Source: Enterobacter phage vB_ExiM_F4M1E. Taken from it: 64,000 nt of DNA. The first letter of the stretch is position 1. Every line of letters begins with the position of its first letter. Below the pieces are notes generated by a model. It worked only from the letters and a program-made list of their open reading frames with translations. It made no database searches and was not told the DNA's origin. Both the position numbers and the translations under genes were made by a program. Positions 63,347 through 64,000 of this stretch are shown piece after piece. Location of the stretch: the sequence record OL744216.1; one strand, given 5' to 3'.

Positions 63347-63908
63347 AAAGATAGTCTTCCTCCAATTTCCGGACAAACTCAGTGACGTAGATGGTGATCA
63401 TTACGCCCTTGTCCAGGTTCTCGTCAATAACGATACCGAAGTTCAGGTAGGCGTTACGGGCGATAGTTTCCTTTGTCCACCTCTTGAGTGACTTCTTCAA
63501 GTCGGCGACAATCTCTCCGTGGAACTTATGGTGGAGATAGTCCCTTTCAAGATAGTCTGCCAGTCTACGCAGAGTTTCACTCATTGTCAACCCTGTTTTT
63601 CCTTCCATGTGCTTAGACCACAACTTCTGGACTCCGCCCTCGAAAAGATTAAGAGTTGACCCAATGACCCCACGGCATTTTCCGTCGTAATGGTCATGGT
63701 CCAAACATGGGTCTGTCATCGGCTCCCGCAGGATAGCACAAAGGCCACCCTGCTCCAAAAGGAGTTGATCCCTATAGGCCGCAATACTCTTCGACCCAGA
63801 CACCCACTTATCCTTGCTCAAAGGTACACGAATCGGCGTTGTAGCCTTCACTTTAGCAGTGAAGCTGGGCTTCCTCGATCGCCTTCTTCTCCCTGTCCGT
63901 ATTGCCAC
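63339..63908 (-). CDS. endonuclease VII-like (T4 gp49 family) with C-terminal extension; GTG start
   Basis: C..C...CLDHDHYDGKCRGVI matches Endo VII zinc/HNH-like core; GGAGGG RBS before GTG. Confidence 0.5.
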   Translation of the reverse strand: MAIRTGRRRRSRKPSFTAKVKATTPIRVPLSKDKWVSGSKSIAAYRDQLLLEQGGLCAILREPMTDPCLDHDHYDGKCRGVIGSTLNLFEGGVQKLWSKHMEGKTGLTMSETLRRLADYLERDYLHHKFHGEIVADLKKSLKRWTKETIARNAYLNFGIVIDENLDKGVMITIYVTEFVRKLEEDYLYE

Positions 63909-64000
63909 TAATACCCTCCATCGTCAGAGCGAAAAGGAACTCCTCCCGGGTCGGGTTTTTGAAGTCCTCAAAATATCCCAGCATGGTCCGGCGGAATAGC
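63853..64000 (-). CDS. 3' end of an upstream gene truncated by the window edge
   Basis: open frame running off the window, stop near 63853. Confidence 0.25.
   Translation of the reverse strand, partial: LFRRTMLGYFEDFKNPTREEFLFALTMEGISGNTDREKKAIEEAQLHC

Noticed and set aside
1-64000. Prophage or mobile-element signatures (integrase, transposase, att sites)
   Set aside because: No recombinase-like ORF and no tyrosine or serine recombinase motifs were seen. The window reads as a contiguous virulent phage genome segment.

Overview
This window looks like part of a large lytic dsDNA phage of a Gram-negative (enterobacterial-type) host. Coding density is high, genes are tightly overlapping and co-directional, promoters are sigma70-like, proteins carry lipoprotein signal peptides with lipoboxes, and intrinsic terminators are present. 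I found no rRNA or tRNA genes, no CRISPR array, no integrase and no transposon.

The window divides into four gene blocks and two repeat-rich non-coding regions.
- 152-5007 (minus strand): a leftward block of small hypothetical genes.
- 5131-16097 (plus strand): a rightward block. It includes an HD-domain (p)ppGpp-hydrolase-like protein, a MoxR/CobS-like AAA+ ATPase next to a vWA (CobT-like) protein, and many small ORFs.
- 16100-16720: an AT-rich, iteron-bearing, origin-like region with Fur-box-like sites.
- 17000-28275 (plus strand): about 20 near-identical strong promoters (TTGAC-N17/18-(C/T)ATAAT with a GC-rich dyad-symmetric spacer), each driving one or two small ORFs of unknown function.
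- 28300-29830: a 1.5-kb convergent non-coding region packed with several distinct repeat families.
- 29836-64000 (minus strand): a long leftward block of nucleotide-metabolism, RNA-related and lineage-specific genes.

The recognisable genes in the last block are:
- class I ribonucleotide reductase NrdA and NrdB, and a glutaredoxin;
- a ThyX-like thymidylate synthase, a dNMP kinase and a HAD 5'-nucleotidase;
- a DnaQ-like 3'-5' exonuclease and an endonuclease VII-like protein;
- PhoH and an L-Ala-D-Glu peptidase endolysin;
- a ClpP-like protease and a small Dam-like N6-adenine methyltransferase;
- a CCA-adding enzyme and a Pol-beta-type nucleotidyltransferase.

The same block also carries two tandem RCC1-like repeat proteins and a family of five or six paralogs that share a conserved C-terminal acidic module, several of them with collagen-like Gly-X-Y tracts.

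The most unusual things to follow up are the promoter-cassette array of small genes (17-28 kb), the iteron region plus its extra copy at 5.05 kb, the AATCATTCTCAT (Fur-box-like) motif clusters, the paralog family at 37.7-42.5 kb, and the nucleotidyltransferase that may form an RNA-repair pair with the CCA enzyme.

All functional calls come from motifs read by eye in the translated ORFs. No database search was possible.
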